From: Planctomycetota bacterium
GTDB lineage: Bacteria > Planctomycetota > Planctomycetia > Gemmatales > HRBIN36
NCBI GenBank assembly: GCA_014584395.1
Contig: JACTMY010000017.1
Span: 40,012-104,011 of the forward strand
DNA length: 64,000 bases
Direction: 5' to 3'
Part shown: positions 17,232 through 27,214 of the stretch, piece by piece
How positions within the stretch are numbered: the stretch's first letter is position 1
Layout: the number at the start of each line of letters is the position of its first letter
Position numbers and translations under genes: made by a program
Notes under the pieces: generated by a model
Seen by the model: the letters and a program-made list of their open reading frames with translations, nothing else
What the model was told of the DNA's origin: nothing
The model's database searches: none

Positions 17232-20200
17232 TTACTTCTTCGGTCCGGGCGGGGGCGGAGGCATCTTGAATTCCTTCGTTTTCAATTCCTCCAGCATGTG
17301 CTCGATGGCCTTTTCGAGTTGTCGATCCTTGCCCGCCAGTTCCTCGGCCGGGTCGTTTTCGACGACGATGTCCGGATCGACGCCGTAGCCCTCGATGACC
17401 CACGTTTTCCCTTCGAGATCATAGCGGGAGAATTCGGGCCGATTCAGGGAGCCGCCGTCGAGCAGCGGGAGGGTGCCGCGGATGCCTACGACGCCGCCCC
17501 AGCTTCGCCGGCCGATCAGTTTGCCGAGCTTGTGTTGCTTGAATTGATAGGGGAAGAGATCGCCATCCGAAGCGGAATACTCATTGAGCAAGCAGCACAT
17601 CGGCCCGGCCAGCATTTCCGCGGGACTGGTGCGGGGGATGCTGTTGCGGGAGATGCTGATCATCGTCATTTGCCGGCGGAGCCGTTCGATGAGCATGGGG
17701 GAGACGTTGCCGCCGCCGTTGCCGCGCATGTCGATGATGAGGGCTTTCTTTTGCAGTTGCGGGTAGAACTGCCGCGCGAATTCATTCAAACCTGTGACCT
17801 GCATGTCGGGCACGTGCAGGTAGCCCACTTTGCCGTCGGTGGCTTTCTCGACTTTGGCGAGGTTGGTCTTCACCCATTCGCGGTAGAGCAGGTTGGACTC
17901 GTCGGCGATGGGGATGACCGTGACGTCGCGGGTTTTGCCGTTGCCGGCGTCGAGGGTCAGGATGACCTGCTTCCCGGCGGTGCCGATGAGCAGTTCATGC
18001 AGGTCGCCCAGCTCCTTGGTGGGTTGGCCGTCGATAGCGGTGATGACGTCGCCCACCTTGACTTCGACGCCGAGTTCGGTGAGGGGCGAGCGTTCGCGCC
18101 GATCCCAATTCTCGCCGGGAAGAATGCGGGTGATCTTGAAGCCTTGGTCCGTCTTTTGGTAGCGAGCGCCGAGCAGCCCCAGGGGAATCCGCTTGACCTC
18201 GGGGAGTTCGCCGCCGCCGACGTAGGCATGGCCGCAGTTCAGCTCGGCGATCAGTTCGCCGATGATGTAGCTGAGGTCGGCGCGATGATTGACGTGGGCG
18301 ACGAGCGGTTCGTATTTCTTGCGCATGGCGGGCCAATCCACGCCGTGCAGGTTCTCGACGTAGAAGAAGTCGCGCATTTGCCGCCAGCATTCGTGGTAGA
18401 TCTGCTTCCATTCCGCCCGGCGATCCAGGCGCACTTGCAGCCCGCTCAAGTTGAGCGGTTCGGTCCGTTCCGGCAGGGGGCCGCGCGGCAGATCGACGAT
18501 GCTGTAGCTGCCCTCGCGGACGATGATCATTTTCTTGCCATCGGCGCTGATTTCATACCCGCTGAGGTTGCCCAGCGAGGTTTCCTTGGGGGCCGGCGCC
18601 GCGAGATCGAAGACGTATAAACCGGCGCCGCGGGGGCCGCCCATCCCGGGTCCGCCCGCTCCCGCCGTCACGCGCTGGTAATAAACCGCGCCGCCGATGG
18701 AGCGCAGGGCAAAATACTGCGCGGGCGGGACGGGCAAACTCATGACTCGGCCCATGAGGCCGTCCAGGTCCACGGTGATCGGCTTGGGTTGCGGCTTGTC
18801 ATCCTTCTTCGGCTCGTCCTTTTTGGGCGGCGCCTTGTCGTCCGGCTTCTCCTCGCCCTTGGCGGCGTCCGCGGCGGGCTTCTCCTCCTTGGGCATGGCG
18901 GCTTCGTCGTTCTTGGGGGCGAACGGATTGGCCGTGCCCTTGGCCAAGGTCACGAAGTAGATGCGCTGCATGTTTTGGTAAGCGTGGTTCCATTCGGTCT
19001 GGCTGTAGATCGGATTGAAATCGCGATCGGAGACGAAGAACAGGTACTTGCCATCGCCGCTGAAGCAGGGCTGGCTGGCGCGATACCAGCCATCGGTGAC
19101 CGCCGTGCTTTGCCCCGACTCGAGGCTGTAAAGGTACACCTTGGGGAAACCTTCCTCCTCGGGGCGGGTGTAGGCGATCCATCGGCTGTCCGGCGACCAG
19201 ACAAAGCTGCGCATTTCAAACACGGGTGATTGAAAGACTTCCTTGACCTCCTTGGAAGCGACGTCCACGTAGCGCAGCCGCTGCTTGCGGTCCGACCAGG
19301 CGATTTTCGAGCTGTCGGGCGACCAGGCGAACTCGTACTTGTAGTTGTCCGATCCGCTGGTCAACTGCAGGGGCTGGCCTCCCATCGGCGAGACCACGTA
19401 GATTTCATCCTCGCCGGTGGCGTCGGAGACGAAGGCGATCCACTTGCCGTTGGGCGACCAGGAAGCGTTGCGTTCGTGCACGCCGCTGGTTTGGGTCAGG
19501 TTGCGAGTGATGCCGTTTTTCTCGGGGACGGTGAAAATCTCGCCGCGCGCGCCGAACAAGGCCCGCTTGCCGTCGGGGGAGATGTCCACGGTGGTGACGC
19601 GCTTGCTGACGTCGGTCAAGCCGCCGCGGCCGCCCAGGAAATCCTCCTGCAGAGTCACGGCCAGCTTCGTTGCTTTCTCCGTTGCGAGGTCGAACTTGTA
19701 AATAAAGCCGCCGTTTTCGAAGACGATGGCTTTATCGCCCAGCGAGGGGAATTTGATGTCGAACTCGGTAAATGTCGTCAGCTTCTTGGTTTGTTTGGTG
19801 TCGGTGTCGTAGCTATAAAGGTTGAACCGCACGTCCTTATCGCGGTCGGAGAGGAAATAGATTTTCTTGCCATGCCACATGGGGAAAATGTCCTGGGCGG
19901 GGTCGTTCGTTATCCGCTCGGTTTTCTTCGTGGCGAAATCGTGAACCCAGACGTCGTCGCACATGCCGCCGCGATACCGCTTCCAGGTGCGGAATTCGCG
20001 GAAGATCTGGTTGTAGGCCAGCTTGGACCCATCAGGGGAGTAGCTGCAAAAACCGCCGCGCGGCAAGGGCAGCGGCTCGGGCAGACCCCCTTGCACGTCG
20101 ACGGCGTAGAGGCTGCCGACAAAGTCGTTGAACGTATGCATGCGGCTGCGGAAGACGATTTTCTTGCCGTCGGGCGTCCAGGTCATGACGACGTTGTTCG

Positions 20201-20558
20201 GCCCCATGCGGTCGGAGATTTCATCGCGGCTCAAGGTGGCCGTGAAGGTCAAACGTTTGGGGATGCCGCCCCCGGCCGGCATGACGTAAACTTCGGTATT
20301 GCCGTCGTATTGGCCGGTGAAGGCCAGCCATTTGCCATCCGGCGAAAAGCGGGGGAACATCTCGAAGCCGTCGTGATGGGTCAAGCGCCGCGCCAGCCCC
20401 CCCTCGGCGGCGACCGTGTACAGATTGCCCGCATAGGTGAACGCCACCTGATTCCCATGAATGGCGGGGAAGCGCAGCAGCCGGGCTTCTTCCGCTTCGG
20501 AGCTTAATGGCAGGCCGATAAACAAGGTTAGCGCCAGGAGAGTGAGCCTGATCAACAC
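17232..20558 (-). CDS. tricorn-type protease homologue (beta-propellers + PDZ + S41 peptidase)
   Basis: 1108 aa with a signal peptide and repeated TolB-like SPDGK(W)(I/L)AF blades. The PDZ is VGDVITAIDGQPT. The C-terminal S41 region is LIIDMRGNGGGNVS. Confidence 0.9.
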   Translation of the reverse strand: MLIRLTLLALTLFIGLPLSSEAEEARLLRFPAIHGNQVAFTYAGNLYTVAAEGGLARRLTHHDGFEMFPRFSPDGKWLAFTGQYDGNTEVYVMPAGGGIPKRLTFTATLSRDEISDRMGPNNVVMTWTPDGKKIVFRSRMHTFNDFVGSLYAVDVQGGLPEPLPLPRGGFCSYSPDGSKLAYNQIFREFRTWKRYRGGMCDDVWVHDFATKKTERITNDPAQDIFPMWHGKKIYFLSDRDKDVRFNLYSYDTDTKQTKKLTTFTEFDIKFPSLGDKAIVFENGGFIYKFDLATEKATKLAVTLQEDFLGGRGGLTDVSKRVTTVDISPDGKRALFGARGEIFTVPEKNGITRNLTQTSGVHERNASWSPNGKWIAFVSDATGEDEIYVVSPMGGQPLQLTSGSDNYKYEFAWSPDSSKIAWSDRKQRLRYVDVASKEVKEVFQSPVFEMRSFVWSPDSRWIAYTRPEEEGFPKVYLYSLESGQSTAVTDGWYRASQPCFSGDGKYLFFVSDRDFNPIYSQTEWNHAYQNMQRIYFVTLAKGTANPFAPKNDEAAMPKEEKPAADAAKGEEKPDDKAPPKKDEPKKDDKPQPKPITVDLDGLMGRVMSLPVPPAQYFALRSIGGAVYYQRVTAGAGGPGMGGPRGAGLYVFDLAAPAPKETSLGNLSGYEISADGKKMIIVREGSYSIVDLPRGPLPERTEPLNLSGLQVRLDRRAEWKQIYHECWRQMRDFFYVENLHGVDWPAMRKKYEPLVAHVNHRADLSYIIGELIAELNCGHAYVGGGELPEVKRIPLGLLGARYQKTDQGFKITRILPGENWDRRERSPLTELGVEVKVGDVITAIDGQPTKELGDLHELLIGTAGKQVILTLDAGNGKTRDVTVIPIADESNLLYREWVKTNLAKVEKATDGKVGYLHVPDMQVTGLNEFARQFYPQLQKKALIIDMRGNGGGNVSPMLIERLRRQMTMISISRNSIPRTSPAEMLAGPMCCLLNEYSASDGDLFPYQFKQHKLGKLIGRRSWGGVVGIRGTLPLLDGGSLNRPEFSRYDLEGKTWVIEGYGVDPDIVVENDPAEELAGKDRQLEKAIEHMLEELKTKEFKMPPPPPGPKK

Positions 20559-20834
20559 GGATGCGTCTCCTTCACAGGGGGGCAGGAGGGATGGAATCGA
20601 GATCGAGTCTTGATGGGGTGATGATATTCAGAGAGCGGGGCTTGGTCAGATGAATCGCGGAAGTTGGGACCACTCGCCGAGCCAGGCCGCCGTCACGACC
20701 CGAACGGGAAGGACGCGAACGGACGACGTGCCCTCCGCCGGGCTCTGGCGATGCACCTTTCTCATGTCTCATGGGAGCCGTCGCGGCGTAGAATGGACAA
20801 GGTCGCACCTGCCCCTGAGATGCAAGGAAACGGC

Positions 20835-22757
20835 ATGGCCGAGGCTCGAACCAAATTCGCTTCCTCTGTTTCTGGCGCCAAGGACGCTCCCTCGACCTAT
20901 TCCTCTGTCGATGGTTTGATCGCCCTGCTGGCCTTGTCCGCCATCGCCGTCCATTTGCTCCTGCGCTACGTCTGGACTACGCCGACGACGATCCTGGGCC
21001 GTCCCTGGCATGAATTGCCGCTCTATGTGGCCTTGATCCTGGGCGGGATCCCGCTGGTCGCCATCTTGGCGATGAAGCTGATCCGATTTGAATTCAGCTC
21101 GGACCTGCTGGCGGGGATCGCTATTGTCACCGCGGTTCTCCTGGATGAATACCTGGCGGGAACGCTCGTCGTCCTGATGCTGTCCGGCGGGCAGGCCTTG
21201 GAAGCCTATGCCGTGCGCAGCGCTTCCTCGGTGCTGCATGCCCTGGCCAAACGGATGCCGACCTTGGCCCACCGCCTATCCGCAGGCACGATCACCGACG
21301 TGGCCCTCGACGACGTTCAGGTGGGCGACGTGTGCGTCGTGCTGCCCCATGAAATCTGTCCCGTCGATGGCACCGTGCTCGAAGGGCATGGCAGCATGGA
21401 TGAATCCTACCTCACCGGCGAGCCGTTCATCATGTCCAAGGCGCCCGGGGCGAACGTCCTTTCCGGTTCGATCAACGGCGCATCGGCCCTGACCATTCGC
21501 GCGGATCAGCGGGCCGAGGATTCCCGTTACGCCAAAATCATGGCCGTCATGCGCGAGACGGAGCAGCGCCGTCCCCGGCTGCGCCGCCTGGGGGATCAGT
21601 TGGGAGCGATCTACACGCCCATTGCCGTGGGGTTGGCCCTGGCCGCCTGGATGGGCAGCGGCGAGGCGATTCGCTTCTTGGCCGTGCTCGTCGTGGCGAC
21701 GCCATGCCCGCTGCTTATCGGCATCCCCGTCGCCATCATCGGCTCCATCTCCCTGGCCGCGCGGCGCGGCATCATCATCAAGAACCCCGCCGTTCTGGAG
21801 AAGCTGTCCAGCTGTGAAACCGCCATGTTCGACAAGACGGGCACCTTGACCTATGGCCAGCCTCACTTGACCGACATCCAGGCCGCGCCGGAGATGCAGC
21901 GCGAGGAGCTGCTCCGGCTCGCGGCCAGCCTGGAGGTCTATTCCCGGCATCCGCTGGCCCGCGCCGTGGTGCAGGCCGCGAAGCGCGACAAGCTGGTGCT
22001 CCATGAGGCCAGCGCCGTCAGCGAGAAGCCGGGCCAGGGTCTGCGCGGCACCGTGGCCGGCAACGAGGTCGTCATCACCAGCCGCAAGCACTGGCTGCGG
22101 GAGCGGCCCGGGGATCAGTCCATTCTGGAGGGAACCGCCGAGGGACTGGAATGCATCGTGGGCGTCAATGGCCGCTGGGCGGGGACGCTGCGCTTTCGCG
22201 ATGAGCCGCGCGACGACGGCGAACCGTTCATTCGCCATCTGACCCGCAAGCATCGCTTCCGGCGCATCCTGCTTGTGTCGGGAGACCGCGCCTCCGAGGT
22301 GCAATATCTGGCGGACAAGGTGGGCATCCCCGAAGTGCACGCCGGCCAGAGTCCGGAGCAAAAGCTGGAACTGGTGCGCCGGGAAACCGCGCACACGGCC
22401 ACGGTCTTCCTCGGCGACGGCATCAACGACGCCCCGGCCCTCATGGCGGCCACCGTGGGCATCGCTTTCGGCCAAGGCAGCGACATCACCATGGAAGCCG
22501 CCGACGCCGTCATCCTGGAAAGCTCCCTGCAGCGGGTGGACGAATTGTTGCACATCGGCCAGCGGATGCGTACAATCGCGCTGCAAAGCGCCGTCGGCGG
22601 GATGGCGCTGAGCATCGTGGGCATGGTGGTGGCGGCCTTTGGCTATCTGCCGCCCGTCGCTGGAGCGGTGGTTCAGGAAATCATCGACGTGTTGGCGGTG
22701 GCCAACGCCTTGCGAGCCGCCGTTCAGCCCAGCGTTTTGACGGATTATTCACGATGA
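20835..22757 (+). CDS. P1B-type heavy-metal ATPase with TPCP membrane motif, no N-terminal metal-binding domain
   Basis: Motifs TGEP, DKTGTLT and [10 protein letters not shown]. The TM motif [15 protein letters not shown] replaces CPC. The start is uncertain between 20664 and 20835; ATG 20835 follows AAGGAA. Confidence 0.85.
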   Translation: MAEARTKFASSVSGAKDAPSTYSSVDGLIALLALSAIAVHLLLRYVWTTPTTILGRPWHELPLYVALILGGIPLVAILAMKLIRFEFSSDLLAGIAIVTAVLLDEYLAGTLVVLMLSGGQALEAYAVRSASSVLHALAKRMPTLAHRLSAGTITDVALDDVQVGDVCVVLPHEICPVDGTVLEGHGSMDESYLTGEPFIMSKAPGANVLSGSINGASALTIRADQRAEDSRYAKIMAVMRETEQRRPRLRRLGDQLGAIYTPIAVGLALAAWMGSGEAIRFLAVLVVATPCPLLIGIPVAIIGSISLAARRGIIIKNPAVLEKLSSCETAMFDKTGTLTYGQPHLTDIQAAPEMQREELLRLAASLEVYSRHPLARAVVQAAKRDKLVLHEASAVSEKPGQGLRGTVAGNEVVITSRKHWLRERPGDQSILEGTAEGLECIVGVNGRWAGTLRFRDEPRDDGEPFIRHLTRKHRFRRILLVSGDRASEVQYLADKVGIPEVHAGQSPEQKLELVRRETAHTATVFLGDGINDAPALMAATVGIAFGQGSDITMEAADAVILESSLQRVDELLHIGQRMRTIALQSAVGGMALSIVGMVVAAFGYLPPVAGAVVQEIIDVLAVANALRAAVQPSVLTDYSR

Positions 22758-23009
22758 GGTCATGCTGAAAACATCACGCCAAGCCGCCAATGTTGATGAC
22801 GGAGACGACATCAAAGTGATGACTATGACACACAGCGCTTCCGGATGCCCGCGAACCGCCGTCGCGGCCGGGAACTGGATCGACCCTTGGCGGCGGCTGT
22901 GGGTCTGCTGGCTGCTGGCCTGCGTCATTGGCCTCGGCTGCGAGACCAAAACCTATACCGTGACGAGTCCCATCGCCTCGGCACGCCGCCTTCGCTCCGA
23001 CTCGGGCAA

Positions 23010-23783
23010 ATGGTGCCGACGACGACCACGCCCCTGGGGTCGAACGTTTACCTGGAGACGATCCGTACTCCCGAAGAGTCGGCCGCGTTCATCGTCGCCG
23101 ACGCCTTGCGCATGATCGGTCCCGCGGCCGGACTGACCGGCGTCCATCATTTGCTGCCCATGCAGCCGGTGGTCGAGCGCGACCGCAACCCGAACCTCAA
23201 GATCCGCGTCTTGGTGGACAGCCTGGTCGTTTGCCAGTCCAAGTTCCTCGAACATTTCCTCTCTTGCGATCAGGCCGGCAAGCATCACGAATCGGTCCTG
23301 TCCGGCCCGTTTGACGCCAGCCACATCCATCTGGGCCTGCTGGCCGCAGGCGCCAAGCCCGGCAAACCGGCCAGCTTCGTCAACGAAAAGCGCGAGTTCG
23401 AATTCAAGCCGGCCACGGGCGACGTGATCAAGGTTTATGTGCAGTACGCCGAGCAGGGGCAGTTGAAAACCCATGCCGCCCAAGAATGGATCATCAACAG
23501 CAAGACGCAAAAACCCCTGGACATCGATTGGGTGTTCGCGGGCAGCTTTTTCGGCAGTTACAAGGACGACGATGGCAAAGAGCAGACGTTTTACGCCGCC
23601 AACTCGGGCCGCGTCATCTGCACGACCAATTTCGCCTCGGCCCTGCTCGATCTGCCCATCCTCTCAGCCGACGTCAATCCCGAGGAGGGAACAGGGGAGT
23701 TTTTCGCCGACCTGAAGCGGCTGCCTCCTCTGCACACCTTTGTGACTGTCATCCTCGAACCGGGGCCGCCAGCGAACAAATAA
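23010..23783 (+). CDS. YdjY-domain protein (possibly a frameshifted lipoprotein gene starting near 22819)
   Basis: The core ...SKFLEHFLSCDQAGKHHESVLSGPFDASHIHLGLLAAGAKPGKP... resembles planctomycete YdjY-domain proteins. A signal/lipobox-like sequence (WRRLWVCWLLACVIGLGC) lies upstream in a different frame. Confidence 0.6.
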   Translation: MVPTTTTPLGSNVYLETIRTPEESAAFIVADALRMIGPAAGLTGVHHLLPMQPVVERDRNPNLKIRVLVDSLVVCQSKFLEHFLSCDQAGKHHESVLSGPFDASHIHLGLLAAGAKPGKPASFVNEKREFEFKPATGDVIKVYVQYAEQGQLKTHAAQEWIINSKTQKPLDIDWVFAGSFFGSYKDDDGKEQTFYAANSGRVICTTNFASALLDLPILSADVNPEEGTGEFFADLKRLPPLHTFVTVILEPGPPANK

Positions 23784-23818
23784 GCCCCTAGGGACCATCC
23801 TTACCTCAAGGAGCTTCC

Positions 23819-24394
23819 ATGCTTGACAGGTTAATCGTTCGACGTGTGACCGCGGCGTTGATCGGCGTGCTGCTGCTGGTGCCGCTCTTGGGCAGCAGTC
23901 CCAGCGATGGACGGGGCGGAGCCGCATCCGGGGGCATCCCCCCGGCCAAGGTGGTCGCCTACAAGGAGTTGCTCGAATTTCTCAAAGAGAACAAAGGCAA
24001 GGTCATCATCCTTGATTTCTGGACGGATGCCTGCGTCGAGTGCAAAATCGAGTTCCCTCGCCTAGTGGAACTGCATCAAAAGTACAAGGACCAGGGCCTG
24101 GTCGGCGTCGGGATCAATCTCGATGATCCCGATGAAAAGGAAACGCTGCAGAAGGTGAACGACTTTCTGACCAAGGTCAAAGCCGACATGCCCAACTTCG
24201 TGCTCAAGGAAAAGCAGAAGGATTGGGAGCAACTTCTGGGAATCTCGGCCACGCCGGCGGTGTTTGTCGTGGATCGGGAGGGGAAGCTGGTCAAACGGTT
24301 TCTGCCGGAGGTCAGCCCGGACAATCCCGACGGCAAGGTGGACTATCAGCGCATTCGACCCTTCGTCGAGGACCTTCTGAAACGAAAGGGTTGA
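23819..24394 (+). CDS. TlpA-like thioredoxin-fold thiol:disulfide oxidoreductase
   Basis: Signal/TM, then VIILDFWTDACVECKIEFPRL (CxxC). The RBS is AAGGAG. Confidence 0.8.
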   Translation: MLDRLIVRRVTAALIGVLLLVPLLGSSPSDGRGGAASGGIPPAKVVAYKELLEFLKENKGKVIILDFWTDACVECKIEFPRLVELHQKYKDQGLVGVGINLDDPDEKETLQKVNDFLTKVKADMPNFVLKEKQKDWEQLLGISATPAVFVVDREGKLVKRFLPEVSPDNPDGKVDYQRIRPFVEDLLKRKG

Positions 24395-24395
24395 T

Positions 24396-24869
24396 ATGCC
24401 CGAGTCCGACCTGGCGGCCGCCTTGGGCCGGGTGCCCAGCGGTCTGTTCGTCTTGACCTTGCAATGGCAGGAACGCTCCACGGGATTGCTGGTGAGTTGG
24501 GTGCAGCAGTGCTCATTCGACCCGCCGATGCTGACCATCGGTCTGCGGCAAGGGCGGTATCAACTCGCCTGGCTGCGCCAGGGAGCCGCCGCGGGCCTGC
24601 ACGTTCTGGGGGAGGACGATAAAGCCTTCCTGCGCCATTTCGCCCAAGGGTTCGCCGAGGAGGCGGCGGCGTTCAACGGATTGACGGTGGATTTAAGGCC
24701 GCCGCTGGCCCCGCGCTTGGCGGATGGCCTGGCCTTTATGGACTTGCAGTTCGTGCAAAGCTTCCCAGCGGGGGACCACGACGTGGCGCTGTTTCGCATC
24801 CTCGACGGCGCTATGCTCGGGGACGGCAAGCCCTATGTCCATCTCCGCAAATCGGGTTTGAATTATTGA
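24396..24869 (+). CDS. flavin reductase-like domain protein
   Basis: LGRVPSGLFVLTLQWQERSTGLLVSWVQQCSFDPPMLTIGL is typical of the flavin reductase / FMN-binding split-barrel family. Confidence 0.75.
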   Translation: MPESDLAAALGRVPSGLFVLTLQWQERSTGLLVSWVQQCSFDPPMLTIGLRQGRYQLAWLRQGAAAGLHVLGEDDKAFLRHFAQGFAEEAAAFNGLTVDLRPPLAPRLADGLAFMDLQFVQSFPAGDHDVALFRILDGAMLGDGKPYVHLRKSGLNY

Positions 24870-24877
24870 GGCCGGCC

Positions 24878-25489
24878 ATGTCCGACGTGCCCCACATCAT
24901 CAGTTCCGACACGCTGCGTGAGCAACGCCTTCCGCCGGGCCAGTCGCTGACCCGCAAGTGGCCCATTCTCCACGCGGGGACCGTGCCCCGCTTCGACCCG
25001 GCTCGATGGAGATTCCAAATCTTCGGCCTGGTCGAACAGCCATGGCAGTGTGATTACACAGCGTTCAAGGCTCTGCCTCAGATCCGGGTGAAGGCGGACA
25101 TGCACTGCGTCACCCGCTGGAGCAAGCTCGACATGCTTTGGGAGGGTGTCAGCACGCGGACCGTGATGAACCAGGTCAAGCTCCTTCCCGAAGCTCGCTT
25201 CGTCATGGTCCATTGCGAACAGGGTTTCAGCACCAATCTGCCCCTGGATGAGTTCCTGGACGAGGATTGCCTCTTTGCCTGGGGATGCGATGGCCAGCCC
25301 CTGGACCCTGATCATGGGTTTCCCCTGCGTCTGGTCGTGCCCAAGCTCTATGCCTGGAAGAGCGCCAAATGGGTCCGCGGCGTGGAACTGATTCCCCAAG
25401 ATCGCCCCGGCTTCTGGGAAGACTGGTTCAACGGCGGCTACCACATGCATGGCGATCCCTGGACCGAGGAGCGGTTTCGCCCCGTCTGA
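24878..25489 (+). CDS. sulfite-oxidase-like molybdopterin oxidoreductase (small, catalytic domain only)
   Basis: ADMHCVTRWSKLDMLWEGV..., HGFPLRLVVPKLYAWKSAKWV.GVEL. The track start 24866 is TTG; ATG 24878 is preferred. Confidence 0.8.
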   Translation: MSDVPHIISSDTLREQRLPPGQSLTRKWPILHAGTVPRFDPARWRFQIFGLVEQPWQCDYTAFKALPQIRVKADMHCVTRWSKLDMLWEGVSTRTVMNQVKLLPEARFVMVHCEQGFSTNLPLDEFLDEDCLFAWGCDGQPLDPDHGFPLRLVVPKLYAWKSAKWVRGVELIPQDRPGFWEDWFNGGYHMHGDPWTEERFRPV

Positions 25490-25515
25490 AGGTTTCCCAT
25501 GAAGTCGTTCCCTCC

Positions 25516-25548
25516 AAAAAAAATCCATCCCGAAACTCCGGGATGGAT
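25516..25548 (-). terminator. Rho-independent terminator of the repeat-protein gene
   Basis: The minus strand reads ATCCATCCCG-GAGTTT-CGGGATGGAT (perfect 10-bp stem) followed by T8. Confidence 0.75.
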
Positions 25549-25578
25549 CATGGTGGTTGGCGAGCGGATCGAAGCGGC

Positions 25579-27165
25579 TTAGTTTTGCGGCTTCGTTTCC
25601 GACGGGCTCGTTTCCTCAGGCTGCTTGATGCGAACCATCAAGTAGGTTTCCGTTTTTTCCTTGCCGAAGTGCACCAGGATCGGCGCTTCATCCTGAGTCA
25701 GGTTGTAAAGTCCGGTTTCGACGACGATGTCCTGGTTGTCGCCGATGCGAAACGCCACGCGCTGGGTTTGTTTGTCCACCTGGCCCTGGATCGTCTGCGG
25801 CTGTTCGGTTTGCAGGTTGAAGAGCGTGCCGGCAATGATGCCCGTCTTGCTGATAGCCAGTTGAATGGACCAGGCCGGCGCGGTTTCCGCCTTGTCCCGG
25901 GAGACGACGAACGTGCCCAAGGGCATCCATTCCATCTTGGCCGCGTCATCCTCGGAGGCCGGCGGGGGCACGGTGGCCAAGGCCGCCGCGCTTTCCGTGA
26001 ATTCCTCCTGCGTGGCGACCTGCTCGCCGCCGATGTAAACCGAATTGTCCTGATAGACGACGTTCCCTCCCGACCCATAGTCGTAATAGGTCGGCGTCGC
26101 GGCCGCCCAGCCGACCCAGTTGGTCAACGTGTTCCACACGGGGACGGTCCACCAGTAAGAGAAGGGGTAGCGTCCGAATTGATGCCAGTAGTGCCAGGCG
26201 GCGCAGGGATGGCGATAATTGCCCCACCAAGCGGAGCCAAACCAGCCGCCGTAGCCCGGATAGCGGGCCGGCAGCGTCGAGGCCACGCCCCATCCCCAGC
26301 CATGCCAATGCTGATAGCGGCCTGGATTATTGACCATCCAGTTGTTCATGACCGGGCGGTTGATCGCCATGTTCCATTGGTTGTTGATCTGGGTGATGCG
26401 GTTGTTGTTGATGTTGGACCATGAAGGTCGTTGGCTGATGTTGTTGTTGATCGGCGGTCGTTGGATGTTGCTCGGCCGATCGATGTTGGGCCTGCTGCCT
26501 GGGGGCCGCCCGGCGATGGGCGGAGCGACGCTCGGGCTGCCGCCGGGTCGATGGATGCCGAGGAAGTCATCGAGCTGGCCTGCGGAGGGGCGGGTCGAAG
26601 GCAGCGTGGAGGGCCGCCCCGTGCCCACGCTCGGTCTCGTGGAAGGCAGGGTCGATGGTCGATCCAACCCGCCGCCGGGCCGCGCGGTCGGCATGCCGCC
26701 GCCTGGCGTGCTGAACGAGGGCAACTGCGAGGGCCGAGTGCCTGGGCCGCCGCCCGCACCCACCGAGGGCAGTTGCGACGGTCGAGTGGAAGGGCCGCCC
26801 GTGCCCACGGAAGGAAGCTGTGCGGGGCGCGTGGAAGGGGCCATGCCGCCCGAGGGGCGATTGACCTGGGGCGTCGAGGGTCGGGTGCTCGGTCGAACCG
26901 AGGGCTGCGGCATCGGCCGTTGCGGTGCCTGCATATGGGGCGCGCTAACGTTGGGGCGTTGCTGGGGAACGCTCATCGATCGTTGGGGAGTACCCATGGA
27001 GTGTTGGGGAGTGCCCATCGAGTGTTGGGGAGTGCCCATCGACCGGCCGCCTCCGCCGCCGCGCATGCCGCCACCTCCGCGGCCGCCCCGCTGAAACGCC
27101 TCGACCGTCCAAGGCAGGGTCGCGGCCAACACCATGGTGAAAAACATGAAGCGTATCGTTTTCAT
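25579..27165 (-). CDS. secreted low-complexity / Trp-rich repeat protein (hypothetical)
   Basis: Signal peptide MKTIRFMFFTMVLAATLPWTVEA, a G/R-rich stretch, 3 x SMGTPQ(H/R), degenerate STRPS.LPS repeats, an Asn-rich stretch, then 13 Trp in about 85 residues, then a globular C-terminal domain. Confidence 0.75.
   Translation of the reverse strand: MKTIRFMFFTMVLAATLPWTVEAFQRGGRGGGGMRGGGGGRSMGTPQHSMGTPQHSMGTPQRSMSVPQQRPNVSAPHMQAPQRPMPQPSVRPSTRPSTPQVNRPSGGMAPSTRPAQLPSVGTGGPSTRPSQLPSVGAGGGPGTRPSQLPSFSTPGGGMPTARPGGGLDRPSTLPSTRPSVGTGRPSTLPSTRPSAGQLDDFLGIHRPGGSPSVAPPIAGRPPGSRPNIDRPSNIQRPPINNNISQRPSWSNINNNRITQINNQWNMAINRPVMNNWMVNNPGRYQHWHGWGWGVASTLPARYPGYGGWFGSAWWGNYRHPCAAWHYWHQFGRYPFSYWWTVPVWNTLTNWVGWAAATPTYYDYGSGGNVVYQDNSVYIGGEQVATQEEFTESAAALATVPPPASEDDAAKMEWMPLGTFVVSRDKAETAPAWSIQLAISKTGIIAGTLFNLQTEQPQTIQGQVDKQTQRVAFRIGDNQDIVVETGLYNLTQDEAPILVHFGKEKTETYLMVRIKQPEETSPSETKPQN
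26981..27042. repeat. 3 x 21-bp tandem coding repeat
   Basis: cgttggggagtacccatggag / tgttggggagtgcccatcgag / tgttggggagtgcccatcga. It encodes SMGTPQH SMGTPQH SMGTPQR on the minus strand. Confidence 0.9.
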
Positions 27166-27214
27166 GATGCATTTACCTCATCGTTGATGGTTAAGGTCAA
27201 AGCCAAGCCCTGAC

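Noticed and set aside
17298-20507. Plus-strand ORFs 17298-18620 and 19230-20507
   Set aside because: They are antisense to the tricorn-type protease gene.
26330-27213. Plus-strand ORFs 26330-27094 and 26431-27213
   Set aside because: They are antisense to the secreted repeat-protein gene, which has a signal peptide, an RBS and a dedicated terminator.
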